Shown: positions 17,590 to 31,106, counted from the stretch's first letter. The stretch is 64,000 bases of DNA from Diplonema japonicum (GCA_964019335.1 OZ025678.1:310001-374000); one strand, 5' to 3'. The notes: generated from the sequence alone by a model not told the origin. A program made the numbers and translations.

Positions 17590-20500
17590 ATGAAGCTCCT
17601 AGTTGAAACCGTGTTGCTCGTAATCTTCCTGTTATGCCACACAGTGGCAGGAGAAGAAGAGCCCGTCAAACCAACTGAGATGGTAGAGGTAACGAATCTG
17701 CAGAAGCTTGAACCTGATCTGGGGGGTAAAGTGAAAGCTCACCTTGTGGAAGATGCCAACCGTGCCGAGGCTGTCAAGGATTCCAAACCTGTAGAGACCC
17801 GTATCCTTGACAAGGAAGAAGCCATCCACATGAACACCCAGGTGGAGAGCAACAGTACCCAGGTAGTGGAGAGCAATAGTACCCAGGTAGTGGAGAGAAA
17901 CAGCACAGACAATACCTCTGAAGCAACTAACGCTACCAAAGAGGAGCTCAAGACGGGGATCCGCGTTACTGTTTTAGAGGATAACAGAGAAAACAGCTCG
18001 AACACCTCCGACTCGAACCACAAGGAGGAACCCAAGGTGGAGGTCCGCCACATTGTCAACCCCGAGGTTTCCAAAACCACTGCAACAGCAGCCACTGTGC
18101 AAGACCTCAAGGGGGAACCGAAGGTGGAGGAAGTACGCCACGTGGTGAATCCAGAGGTGTCCCGCGAGACCAGCAGGAAGGAGGAGCTCACAGCAGTGCA
18201 CCGGGTGACCACCGAGGAAGACACCGACAAGTCCAAGTCCCTGAAGACCGAAACTACAGACACCGCACGAGACAAGAAGGAAGAGCCGGAGGTACGCCGT
18301 GTGGTCGACCCGGAGGTGCTCGACAGGAACGAGCCCAATGCTAACTCCCGTGCGGCCCCTGAGGTGGCACTTGGGGCCACGGTATGGCTAAGAAAAAGAA
18401 AGAAAGAAAGAAAGATGAAGAATTGAGAGGGAAAAAAAAAGGGGGGGGGTGGTTCCCACATATTTATCACACAACACACAGTGGGCTTTCTCCCCGAACC
18501 GCGGTCGAAAGGGTCTCCCCATCGCGATGAGGCACGCGGCAGGCGACAGCAAACACGTTGCAGGGACCATCATAAGCAGGTACCAAGGGGAAGATGAGGG
18601 AAAGACTGGTCTCTGGATTGTGAAAACGGCTGAAGGTACCCATGAGGTGGCTTCAGACGACCTCAAGGTGCGGGTGGCTGAAGGGTATGGAAGGAGGGGG
18701 GAGAAAGAAATGATAACACCAACACCAACAACAGGCTTGAGGTGACGGACGGAACACACACAGGTGTGGTGGAGAGGGTCGGGTCTGGGAACGGGACGTA
18801 CGACGGGAAGATTATGGTGAAGTTCAACAACGTGGCGGAGGCGAAGCCTGTTGAAATGGGGGAACTCATGTACGTATCGAAGGAGGTGGTGGTATGAGTG
18901 TTTTCCCTCTCCCTCTCCCTCTCCCTCTCCCTCTCCCTCTCCCTCTCCCTCTCCCTCTCCCTCTCCCTCTCCCTCTCCCTCTCCCTCTCCCTCTCCCTTT
19001 CCCTTTCCCTTTCCCTTTTCCTCTCCCTCCCCCTTCTCTTTCATCCCAATCACAGTTCGAGTTGGACGACGTTGTCGACGTACGGGACAGCGAAGAGAAG
19101 GAATGGAAGGTCGGTGTTGTGGACTCGTTGGAACCGCTGCTGGTGAAGATTCGTGGGTGGCGCAATGCACACTCGTGGAACCAGGTCCGCCACCACGTGA
19201 AACCCGAGCCGAAGAAGGAGTCTGGTGGTGGTGAGGAACGCTCTCGCACTGTGTATGCAGTCGGGGACAAGGTGGAGGTGAAGGACGGGCTGTCGGGCTC
19301 CTGGCGGCACGGGACCGTTAATTCTATCGAAGGCGACGCAGTCAAGGTCCTCGTCGATGGGTGGAAGAGCCCTCACACCTGGAAGTTCATCAAAGTGGCT
19401 GAAGAGGTGTGCTATACTTCTTTGTTCTAACACACACCAGGGCCATGCAAGCGACGAGGGCAAGAGCCAAACCGAGAAGCCTGTATACACCTCCACCAAA
19501 GAAGTAAAACGCCAAGAAGAAAAGGACCAGGCAACGCCGCCTCCCACTGTGCCCCCTATCACAATGGCGAACTACACAACTGCGGTATGCAAGCGTGAAG
19601 AAAGTACAACACAAGCTAAACAACAACACAGTGGAAGGAAGTATGTCTGCATGCCATCTGTGACTTTACTGCTGATGAAAACTGCGTACCAGAGTACCTG
19701 TGCACAAACATCAGTGGGTGCTCCTGGGATGAGCTTGACACCCCACCTTGCAGGAAGAAGTTGAAGCTTGGTGATTCTGTGGGTTTGGCACCTGGAGCAC
19801 ACGAGCAAGGATCCCTCCGCGCTGGGGAGGTTGGGGTGGTAATTCAGATTCTTGACGAGGAGCAGCCGTACGAGGTGCGTGGTGGGTACAGCGATGTGTA
19901 CAGGTACAGGGAGGACGAGCTTGTTCCTGCTTGGAACAAAAACACAAAGGGGATTGATCCTACACTGATGAACCCAGTACTATTGAAGTGGAGGGGCAGT
20001 CCTTCCTTTGGTAAGGCTGCGGAAGAGCTGGAGGGGGCCATGATCGATCCTGGTCTGAAGACCCCACCTCCTGAGGACTGGGGACCCTCAGTAGCCGGTC
20101 CACTCACACCATCCCCACTACTTAACCACCGGGGCACAACAAGATATGACAGTATACCTAGGACAGCACCACCACCAGTATACACTCCTCCCCCTCAACA
20201 AGTAGTTACACTGCCCCCCCCTCCCCCTCCTACGTTGCCGCCGCCTCCCCCACCGAGACCTGCTGCAGATAACACAATTCCCAAGCCTGTATCCCCAGTA
20301 TCACGCCCACCAACCCCTACAACACCACCAACCCCTGCAACACCACCACCCATCACACGCGCTCGCGTCCCAGTCCCAGCACCCACACATCGGATTCCAG
20401 CGCCTACACTACGCCCGAAACCTCCAGCAGCACAGAGCGTTCCCACCATCAACATCTATGCACCGGAACAGCCCGACTTGTGCGGGGAGTACAAACTGCA

Positions 20501-21278
20501 GCCTAAGAACAAGCTGATCAGGAACCAGCCGTTGTACATCTCGACGGACTGCGCGACAGGCGAGTGCCAGATGTTCTTGTCACACGGTGGCTTCTGGATG
20601 GTCGGGAAGCACGACGGTGATGGGAAAGCGAACCGTGGTGTGTTCAAGACCAAGGACAAGGCTCCTATGAAGAAAACGTTTCCCTTCATGATGAAGGGCT
20701 GGCAGTACTTGGGCGAGGGGGTGTGGTCGGACTCGGAGGGTGCGGTCGACACCCCGGAAAACTTTGCGAAGAAAGGTCTGTCCACCACATGCGGTGCGAA
20801 GACCGAACAATCGCCGCCAGAAAACCCACCCCCGCCACCCCCTGCTCCAAGACCACCCACTGAAGTGGAGAAGCGAGCGGACACCGATGGGATGCTCTAC
20901 ACAAAGGAGGAGTTCCGCATGTTCTACATGTCAGACGAGCAATGGGAATCGGTATGTTGGAAAAATCTTTTTCAAGGGGTAAAAATATTTTCGAAAAAAA
21001 AAAAAAAAAGAAAAAAAAAAAAAAAAAAAAAACCCTAGAGAGCCTCGACTAGTACATTGAGATCTGCTCCGGAGACCACGGGGTCTGGGCCTTTCAGAAA
21101 AGATCAGACGGTGGTTTCAACCAAAGATATTATTTTAGGTAAGAAGCTGGTTGTCAAGCAAGGTAGCTCCGGAATCATCATCGGCCAATCTTTTATGAAG
21201 TGGCAGGTCCGGTTCACTGGTGAGTTTTCTTCCGCTGTGACAATGGTGGTTGAAGCAGACCAGATACAAGCTGCTTGA
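17590..21278 (+). CDS. Secreted or surface multi-module protein (signal peptide, acidic S/T-rich stalk, several SH3/Tudor-like modules, Pro-rich linker), paralogue A
   Basis: Six GT-AG introns (18382-18481, 18685-18734, 18892-19055, 19407-19440, 19585-19631, 20952-21039) give one continuous frame. Confidence 0.8.
18905..19010 (+). repeat. (CTCTCC)n intronic microsatellite
   Basis: Read directly. The paralogous copy at ~24310-24400 is 18 bp (3 units) shorter. Confidence 0.95.
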
Positions 21279-21643
21279 TTAGGATATGACGAAATTAAAA
21301 AAAAAAAAAAAGAAATGCTGGATAAGTGAGATTATTCACAGCCAGTGTTGCAGTCAAATATAGAAATACGAGAAGAATAACAACAAGGAAAGAAAGAAAT
21401 TCCTGAAACCCCCCCCCCCCCCCCCCTGATGCCTTGTCAACGGCGTGCATACTCAGGGGTGCCAAAGGGTTCAGGCGTTTGTTAGTGAACAAAATCTGCT
21501 TCTCGATGAAAAATCCCCTTTTCCCCCTTCTTTCATAAGGAAAAGAAATTAATGGTATTTTTACAACCCCCGCCTATTTTTATTCTTGCCAACAAATTAT
21601 GATATTTATGGTTTTATTTCACGGTGAGCACTCCCCCTGCGCG

Positions 21644-21646
<3 letters not shown>

Positions 21647-21708
<62 letters not shown>
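21647..21708. repeat. (AT)n microsatellite
   Basis: Read directly. Confidence 0.95.
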
Positions 21709-21710
<2 letters not shown>

Positions 21711-21818
21711 CTTTTCTTCGAAACGTTTTTTTTTTTTTTTTTTCTTTTCTTTTCTTTCCCGGATGAGATGCTGCATTGCTCCACAAGCAGTACGAACCAA
21801 AACCGAAAAGCGGAAGAA

Positions 21819-21852
<34 letters not shown>

Positions 21853-22654
21853 AACCCCTCCCATGGGTGGCGTATAATATCCAACTATGTTTCACGGAAA
21901 CGGTGATCGAGTTGCCATGTAAAGCGCAAATAACTGGCCGCAAGTTATTTTGTCTTTTTGATGGTACAGGGAGTAGTGAATGTCACCAATGTATACTTTG
22001 TCCCTCCCCTCCCCCCCCTTTCCCTTTATGAAACTCTTTTCCTTCATGCGGTTGCGAAGGGTATTTGCCCGCAGGGGGATGGGTCTATCAATTTTTTTTT
22101 AGTTTCTTTCACACTCCCTTCAACGTTCAGTTTTCAACTTTCTTTCTCTTTCTTAGGTGGGTCGTTGCTAACCACTCATAGTGAATTCGTATCTTCTTTT
22201 TTTTTTTCCTATGCTTAGGGTGACGAACAAGCAAACTGCACGAGGTTACCCGGTCTGGGGTTGAGATGCACACTGCACGCATGAAGGACACGATGCATAG
22301 AATGCATAACAGGTAGACAGTGCTTCCACAAGGCGGCACCAACACCGGCACCCTTTATCTCTTTTTTATATTTCCTTTTTTTTTTTTTTTTTGTTCTCCT
22401 TTACATCTTTCTAGCCGAACTCGGGGAACACAAAAAAAAAAGCCCCTTATTTCTCTCTTCTTTTTTTTTTTTGTTTTTCTTTTTTCTTCTTGTTCTTCTT
22501 TCTCTGTGTTTTGTTTTCACATAATTCCCTCAAAACGCCGGCAGAAAAGAGGGAGGGGAACGAGAAAAAAAAGGGGGGGGAAAACGAATGCAAATAGATA
22601 CTAATTATTATACCCACCAGCTGATGAGGGCTCGTCATGTGTTTATTGTCAACA

Positions 22655-22752
22655 CGGGTTCCCCTATCAACCTTGATGCTGATGCTCCGGAACATGAATA
22701 AGCTGATCAGGAACCAGCCGCAGTGGTGGTCGACCAGATACAAGCTGCGTAA
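22655..22752 (+). pseudogene. Heavily deleted remnant of a third paralogue copy
   Basis: Contains, in order, GTTCCC..ATCAAC..CCGGAACA (cf. 20439-20470), AAGCTGATCAGGAACCAGCCG (cf. 20511-20531) and GACCAGATACAAGCTGC (cf. 21257-21275). Confidence 0.6.
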
Positions 22753-23039
22753 TTATGTTTCTTCTTTTTTGTTTCCCCTGTGCCACATGGTACATTTATT
22801 GAGCGAGAGTGCTGCATTGTCTCTAATAGAAACAATTGGTCTTCTTCTTCTTCTTGTTTTTTTTTTTTTTTAATTCATCTGACTCCGCGGCACGACAAAA
22901 GCCCATTTCAGTATATTTCTCCCCCCCCCCCCTTCCTTTTCGCTTTTCCCACGCACACTTCAGGTAAAAAAGTGGGAAGAGGGCAACCCCCCCTCCCCTC
23001 CCCTCCCCTTTCGATTCCCTCACAACGCCAACAAAAAAA

Positions 23040-26000
23040 ATGCAATTAGCATCTCCGAAAATTATAATACTCAGCTTCTTGCTATGTCACACGGTGGCGG
23101 GGGAATCTGTCAAGCCGGCAGAGGTGATGGGGCTGGCAAGTCCGCTAAAAGTCAACGACAGTGAAGTAGGCACTGAAGGAAACAGCACCGAGACGAACAA
23201 GACCCGTATCCTTGACAAGGAAGAAGCCATCCACATGAACACCCAGGTGGAGAGCAACAGTACCCAGGTAGTGGAGAGCAATAGTACCCAGGTAGTGGAG
23301 AGAAACAGCACAGACAATACCTCTGAAGCAACTAACGCTACCAAAGAGGAGCTCAAGACGGGGATCCGCGTTACTGTTTTAGAGGATAACAGAGAAAACA
23401 GCTCGAACACCTCCGACTCGAACCACAAGGAGGAACCCAAGGTGGAGGTCCGCCACATTGTCAACCCCGAGGTTTCCAAAACCACTGCAACAGCAGCCAC
23501 TGTGCAAGACCTCAAGGGGGAACCGAAGGTGGAGGAAGTACGCCACGTGGTGAATCCAGAGGTGTCCCGCGAGACCAGCAGGAAGGAGGAGCTCACAGCA
23601 GTGCACCGGGTGACCACCGAGGAAGACACCGACAAGTCCAAGTCCCTGAAGACCGAAACTACAGACACCGCACGAGACAAGAAGGAAGAGCCGGAGGTAC
23701 GCCGTGTGGTCGACCCGGAGGTGCTCGACAGGAACGAGCCCAATGCTAACTCCCGTGCGGCCCCTGAGGTGGCACTTGGGGCCACGGTATGGCTAAGAAA
23801 AAGAAAGAAAGAAAGAAAGATGAAGAATTGAGAGGGAAAAAAAAAGGGGGGGGGTGGTTCCCACATATTTATCACACAACACACAGTGGGCTTTCTCCCC
23901 GAACCGCGGTCGAAAGGGTCTCCCCATCGCGATGAGGCACGCGGCAGGCGACAGCAAACACGTTGCAGGGACCATCATAAGCAGGTACCAAGGGGAAGAT
24001 GAGGGAAAGACTGGTCTCTGGATTGTGAAAACGGCTGAAGGTACCCATGAGGTGGCTTCAGACGACCTCAAGGTGCGGGTGGCTGAAGGGTATGGAAGGA
24101 GGGGGGAGAAAGAAATGATAACACCAACACCAACAACAGGCTTGAGGTGACGGACGGAACACACACAGGTGTGGTGGAGAGGGTCGGGTCTGGGAACGGG
24201 ACGTACGACGGGAAGATTATGGTGAAGTTCAACAACGTGGCGGAGGCGAAGCCTGTTGAAATGGGGGAACTCATGTACGTATCGAAGGAGGTGGTGGTAT
24301 GAGTGTTTTCCCTCTCCCTCTCCCTCTCCCTCTCCCTCTCCCTCTCCCTCTCCCTCTCCCTCTCCCTCTCCCTCTCCCTCTCCCTTTCCCTTTCCCTTTC
24401 CCTTTTCCTCTCCCTCCCCCTTCTCTTTCATCCCAATCACAGTTCGAGTTGGACGACGTTGTCGACGTACGGGACAGCGAAGAGAAGGAATGGAAGGTCG
24501 GTGTTGTGGACTCGTTGGAACCGCTGCTGGTGAAGATTCGTGGGTGGCGCAATGCACACTCGTGGAACCAGGTCCGCCACCACGTGAAACCCGAGCCGAA
24601 GAAGGAGTCTGGTGGTGGTGAGGAACGCTCTCGCACTGTGTATGCAGTCGGGGACAAGGTGGAGGTGAAGGACGGGCTGTCGGGCTCCTGGCGGCACGGG
24701 ACCGTTAATTCTATCGAAGGCGACGCAGTCAAGGTCCTCGTCGATGGGTGGAAGAGCCCTCACACCTGGAAGTTCATCAAAGTGGCTGAAGAGGTGTGCT
24801 ATACTTCTTTGTTCTAACACACACCAGGGCCATGCAAGCGACGAGGGCAAGAGCCAAACCGAGAAGCCTGTATACACCTCCACCAAAGAAGTAAAACGCC
24901 AAGAAGAAAAGGACCAGGCAACGCCGCCTCCCACTGTGCCCCCTATCACAATGGCGAACTACACAACTGCGGTATGCAAGCGTGAAGAAAGTACAACACA
25001 AGCTAAACAACAACACAGTGGAAGGAAGTATGTCTGCATGCCATCTGTGACTTTACTGCTGATGAAAACTGCGTACCAGAGTACCTGTGCACAAACATCA
25101 GTGGGTGCTCCTGGGATGAGCTTGACACCCCACCTTGCAGGAAGAAGTTGAAGCTTGGTGATTCTGTGGGTTTGGCACCTGGAGCACACGAGCAAGGATC
25201 CCTCCGCGCTGGGGAGGTTGGGGTGGTAATTCAGATTCTTGACGAGGAGCAGCCGTACGAGGTGCGTGGTGGGTACAGCGATGTGTACAGGTACAGGGAG
25301 GACGAGCTTGTTCCTGCTTGGAACAAAAACACAAAGGGGATTGATCCTACACTGATGAACCCAGTACTATTGAAGTGGAGGGGCAGTCCTTCCTTTGGTA
25401 AGGCTGCGGAAGAGCTGGAGGGGGCCAAGGTCGATCCTGGTCTGAAGACCCCACCTCCTGAGGACTGGGGACCCTCAGGTGCCGAAAATGGAGGTGGCAC
25501 TGTACCGACTACTAGGAAGTACATGCCACCGCCAGTCCCACCACCAGTATACACTCCTCCCCCTCAACAGCCACCGCCAGTGCAGGCCATTCCGGGACCT
25601 GCTTCAAGCGATAAGAACCCAGCTCCCGTGACACCAATCATGGAGGCACCGAAGCAGTCGCCTGTTGCAACACCAACACGACCTCCTCTTCCGCCAACAC
25701 CTCCAGTGGCGCGCCCCACCCCGGCAGGGACCATTAAGATCAATCCTCCCACAGCACGACCCAAGAAGCTCACAGCACCCCCCGCAACAAGCATCCCCAT
25801 CATCCACATCTATGCACCGGAACTGCCCGACATCTGCGGTGAGTACACTTTGCAACCCAAGAACAAGCTGGTCAGAAGCATGTCGCTGTACATTTCAAAA
25901 GACTGCGCGACAGGCGAGTGCCAGATGTTCCTGTCACACGGTGGCTTCTGGATGGTCGGGAAGCACGACGGTGATGGGAAAGCGAACCGTGGTGTGTTCA

Positions 26001-26675
26001 AGAGCAAGGACAAGGTGACATCTACAATGGGGAAAAAAACCCTTCCTTTCATGATGAAGGGCTGGGAGTACTTGAGCGAGGGGGTGTGGTCGGACTCGGA
26101 GGGTGATGTCGACACACCGGACAACTTTGCGAAGAAAGGTCTGTCCCCCAAGTGCTCCGCTAAGATGGAAATGAACGCAGACATGGAGATTGCGATGGAC
26201 CCGGAGACAGCTCCGCCGCCACCACCAGAAACACCCTCTAAGGTTCCGCCTCCACCCTCTTCACCTACTTCATCATCATCAGCCGCAATCGAAAAGCGAG
26301 CGGACACCGATGGGATGTTCTACACAAAGGAGGAATTCCGTACCTTTTACATGTCGGACGAACAGTGGGAAGCGGTATGCTGGGAGGAAAAAAAAAAAAA
26401 AAAAAAAAAAAAAGAGAGCTTCTACGAGCACATTAAAATCTGTCGCTGAGGCATCAGCGGGTGGTGGTGGTGATGTTTCCGTGCCCTTCAAGAAGGACCA
26501 GGCGGTAATCTCCACTCAGGACATTATCTTAGGAAACACCCTCGTTGTCAAAAAAGGCAGCCCTGGGCATATACTTGGCGCTTCCGGCACAAGATGGCAG
26601 GTCCGGTTCTTGGGAGTCTTTGCCTCTGCAGTAAACGTAGTTGTAGAATCCAGCCAAATACAAGCTGCTGCGTAA
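23040..26675 (+). CDS. Secreted or surface multi-module protein, paralogue B
   Basis: Introns 23787-23886, 24090-24139, 24297-24442, 24794-24827, 24972-25018 and 26375-26414. Same architecture as paralogue A. Confidence 0.8.
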
Positions 26676-28079
26676 GAAAAAAAATGGGGGGACAGGGGGG
26701 GTTTTTTTTTTGTTTCGAGTTTTTTTTGGGGGTAGTTCTGACAAGATACGTTGATCTAAAGCACCCTTATAATATTTTTTTTTTTAAAGCATAAGTCCGT
26801 ACATTTCTTTATAAATGTTTCGTTTTTTTTTTAGACAAAAAGGCTGTTTTGACAAAGTAGACAGAGGAGGGAACACCCTCTTTATAAAAAGGAGAAAAAA
26901 GAGAGAAAAAGTCAAAACAGAAACAAGTCAAAATCAAAAAAAAAAAGAGAAGAAATTTCAAGAAGAAAAAAAAAAAAAAAGAAAAAAGAGAAAGGGTAGA
27001 ATTGATTAAAGAAATAATTATAGCCAGTGGTAAGGTATTGATCCGATTGAGAACTCTGGGGACGAGGCAACTAATAATAAAAAGAGGGAAAAAAAGAAAA
27101 AAGAAAAAAGAAAAAAAAAAATAGCCTGTTGTTCACTGCTCATTCCGCATCACTACAAAGCCTACCCATATATTATTATCTTATTTTATTTCCCCTCCCC
27201 CCTTATCCCCATCTCTATTTCTATGTTTCTTTTTTTTTTTTTTTCTTGTCCCCCTTTCCGCGTTTCAGGCACCAACCCGAGTCTGTACTTGGGTTGGTGA
27301 ACGAGGGGAAAGGAGAACAAGAAAAGAAAAAAAAAATATCGAGATTCTGGAAATAAAACTGGGGTGCAGCATGCTCACATAATAAAAAAAGGGGGTGCTA
27401 TTTGAGATATCTAATCTGATTTCTTTCTTATGTTTCTGAGACACAGTTATCATGCTTCCACTTTCTTTTCTTTTCTTTTTTTTCGCAACGTAGTTCTACG
27501 TTCTTTTTTTTTTTTTTTTTTGATTTCTGTTAGCGCCCGTCGAGCCGCTTTTCCGAGCTGATGATCAGGATGGTGAGGGGTCATTGCTCAGCGGGAGAAA
27601 AAGAAAAATGGTCTAGTTTTTTTGTTTTGTGCGTTTTTTTTTTTTTTTTAAAGTACTTTTCGGTCCATTTCAAACAGAACGTATCGTAACTCTCCCTGTT
27701 CTATACACAAAACCACCTTCTCTCCCCCCTCACTGCGATGTTTTTCTTTAAACTTCCATAAACTTTTTTTTTTCCACGTGAAACTGTATCTGTACCAAGA
27801 AAAAATCTTCACCCGAAAAATAGTTGAGGAGGAGAGGGGGAAAAAAAGAAAAAAAAAAAAAAAAAAAAAACGTGGCAATTTTAATTTTTCCGGAGAAACC
27901 CTCGCCATCAGTGTTGCCCGCAGAGCCCAGTGCGTAGGGGTGGGTGGGGGGGGGGGGAGGAGGCGCGACAAGGCTACCACGGAAGTAGCGAGGTATATTT
28001 TCGATTTCTTGGTTTTTAAGTACAATTTCAAAAACGAGGGGAAAAAAGAAAAAAAGGAAGAAAAAAAAAGGGGGGAAAG

Positions 28080-30996
28080 ATGAAGACCGCGTGGAAAAAA
28101 AGCTGTAGCAGATACATCACCTTGGATGCGGCCTCCACCATGGTGGGGGGAAGGAGCGTGGGTGACGACGTCAGAAGCACCATCGATCTATTTAAAACCC
28201 CCTCCGACCCGAACAACATGGGGAAGCACCTTGGAGGGGACGACATGGGCATAGGGACCGACTGTGCCCACCTGGAAGGCCCAGAAAGCGACCACCGAAC
28301 CCACAAGAAAATAGGCTCTTCTCTGGACACCCTATTCCCCATGGGGTTCGTACCCCCGCCGAATGCTCTTGAGATCGCCACAGCACCAACAGTCGAAGAG
28401 CTAGAAGCACTAGATGAAAATGAAGCTCTGAAAGATTCAATCCGCGAGCGGTACAGGCTGTCAAGAGATCTGAAACAAGCTGAGAAGGACAGGATTGAGA
28501 GAGCAAACAAACATCTTAAGGTATGTGTAGGGGTTTTTAACCATCTACCAACGGACCATTTTTGCCCACCAGGGGGTAAATTTTCAAAACTTCAAAAAAA
28601 ACTATTCTAGCGCAACGCCGGGCTATATGCCCCCGGAAATGCCTCCAGATGTCCCAATTCTAGAGAGAGGGTGCCCACAGCAGGGCCCACCCCACAACAT
28701 TGTCAAAAATATCGTTCCCGAAGTGCTCGAGAGGGGGTACAAAAAACAAGTCAAAAAAAATCGACTGTAAAATTCTACAAAAAGCTATTTAAGGCCTTCT
28801 TGACGCGGTTCGTACGTGCCCCAGGGCTGAGGGACTTCTTTTTTGACCCCGAGAGGGGTTTCTGGGGGGTATCCCCGGCAATGGTAGTCTTTGAAGCCCG
28901 GAGTCACGCAAAGTTGTACAAGCAGGCTGAACACTGAAATAGGGGTCTTTTCGACTTGCAATGCTTGCACCGCACGTTGCGCTACTTTTTCGGGGAAATG
29001 GTCCCAGAAGGTACTGTCGCGTCGCATTGGGGCCTCAGGGCACTCGTTCTGTGTTTCGGGGCATGGTATTGGGGCAGCCTGCTCTGTAGTTGACTTTAGC
29101 TGTTGTTTGGGCAGCCTCCCTAGTAGCCCTTCGATGACTGCCTCTTTGAAGGGCGTGAATCCACTGTCGTTCATACTCAGGGTGTTGGGGGGCAATGCTT
29201 CTTTCCAAACAAGCCAGGCATTTGCCAGAGATTTATCTAACAAGTACGAAAATACTTTCAGGGGCCACTTCGAAGTCATAAGGGTGCGTTTATGGCGTTT
29301 TGTCACAGCATCACCCAGCGTCGGTTCCGCCCATTGCGGTGTTGTAAATATGCACTTGGTGGGGAGCGGGATGTCCTTTCTGGAGGGCCTCCGGCTTTCA
29401 TTCTCTTTTGGCCGACACGCCAAATTTGACTTCACCAGGACATCCAGCGCACAGGCTTGATGTCATGCCACGTTGTGGTGCAAAGGATGCTCACGTGCTG
29501 GTGGAACTGGGTGTCACCACAGGGTGCGCGTCCTTGGGCTTGCGGCCTCGCTTCTTTGGAGCATCCGTGATCTCCGGGAGGCCTTTGCGATAGGTAGAAG
29601 TCAGCACGCTTGTTTGTTTCGCTGTGGAAACACAGATTTCCCAGAATAGTCAAAAAGCAGTCTCTTGACATGACGGTGGCGTACCCAGGGGTGTGGTTGA
29701 GAGGCGTGGAGCCAGTGCGCCAGTAGTCAGAATAATCTGGCATGATATCCAAGTCCATCGACAAAAGGGCACCTAGGAAGGTACGCAGAGAAGCAGCATC
29801 GAGATCCAGGGAAACACCTTTTTTAGCTGCATTTGCCACATTGTTCGAAGTTATGACCCGAATAACGTTTGGACGAGCATTTGGGAGAATATATGGAATG
29901 GCGTTGAGCCTCTGATGTCAAAACAGGGTCCACATTCCGATCTTCACGAAACCGGATGCCTTCCAACTGCTCCGGCTTTGCCGTCCAATCACTCTGCTGT
30001 GACTCGGAATCGGTCGAATTCGAATCAGAATCACTGTTCGTATCAAAATTGCATAATAGGGATGAGCCATCAGTGCTACCATCACTCATAATGTCCTCTT
30101 CCGGCCTCTTTCTGGGTGCCCTTTTTTGAAGTGATTTTTAAGGGTAAATTGGGCTGGCGTTTTTTTTTATTTTTTCATCTTCTTGCAAAGTTAGGGCAGC
30201 ATTTAGTTTATATTTTTCATATTTTCCGCGCAGGATGCGAGAAGTGTCCGGGCTGTATTGCATTGAAAGCCCTTTGCGTAAAAGATTTTTTTTCAAATCG
30301 TCTCTATAAAGACGCTCGTTGGTAGATGGTTAAAAAGAAAAAAAAAAAAAAGAAAAAAAAAAAATACAAATACAGAACGCGGTGAACGGCATTCCTTCCA
30401 TAACTCAGACTGTCAAAGCGGAGGAGAACAAGGCGGAGCCCGACAGGCTCCAGGCAAACCGGATCTACCAGCAGTTTGAAAGGTCGGACCCTTATGATGC
30501 TATGGAGGTGTGGAAAAAAAAAAAACTTTTTTTTCATAAATGCCAACAGGAAATGGGCAACAAAGTCAGCAAGTTGCTGAAGAAAACAAAGGAAGAGAAG
30601 ACGGTGGTGAAAGGAGAGGCAACCACCCCTGTTCCCAAAAAAACCGAACAGAAGGTAGCAACAGGTTCGGACCGGAGCTTGCACATTAAGGCGGCGAGGA
30701 TGTTGGTCCAGTCATTGGCGCAGGAAGACGACCAGAAAATGACTGAAATGATGGAGTTGTGGGGGAAACGATCGACCACTGTGTCAGTCCCAACCCCCGA
30801 TTCTACCCCTGATGGGGAGAAAAAGAAAATAACTTTGCGTGAGAAAATGCAACAAAAGCAGCAACAAAAGCAAGGAGCAGCCTTCACAGAAGAAGATAAG
30901 CTCAGAATGCGCGTACTAGAATTGGAATCGAAGAACGTAGCCCTGCGAATGGAGAGGGAAAGGGAGAGGCTGTACGCCCTGCTAAGAGGAGAGTAG
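28080..30996 (+). CDS. Hypothetical coiled-coil protein (start uncertain)
   Basis: …ERANKHLK|NAVNGIPS… is joined across intron 28521-30375, which contains the piggyBac element. A probable 42-nt intron lies at 30508-30549. TAG at 30994-30996. Confidence 0.6.
28541..30329 (-). mobile_element. piggyBac-like DNA transposon, internally deleted and frameshifted
   Basis: Perfect 13-bp TIRs CCATCTACCAACG / CGTTGGTAGATGG flanked by TTAA at 28537-28540 and 30330-30333. Minus-strand fragments read LRTFLGALL…DYW…MSRDCF..IL, YNTAMGGTD, KWPLKVFSYLLDKSLANAW and LCVTPGFKDYH. Confidence 0.92.
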
Positions 30997-31106
30997 ACAA
31001 GAACGATCAAGAATGTTTAGTTCTTTCTTTTATATGAAGAATAAAAAAATAATAATAAATCCATTGTTTTCCAACCCCATCTTAACAGGGCGAGCAGAGG
31101 CAGCAA

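Noticed and set aside
18747-18763. Extra micro-intron ending ACACACACAG
   Set aside because: The segment reads through in frame as LEVTDGTHTGVVERV, and removing the 22-nt GT-AG segment would break the frame.
22621-22682. Box C/D snoRNA (TGATGA…CTGA)
   Set aside because: The 3' half is better explained as a decayed paralogue fragment, and I saw no antisense rRNA guide.
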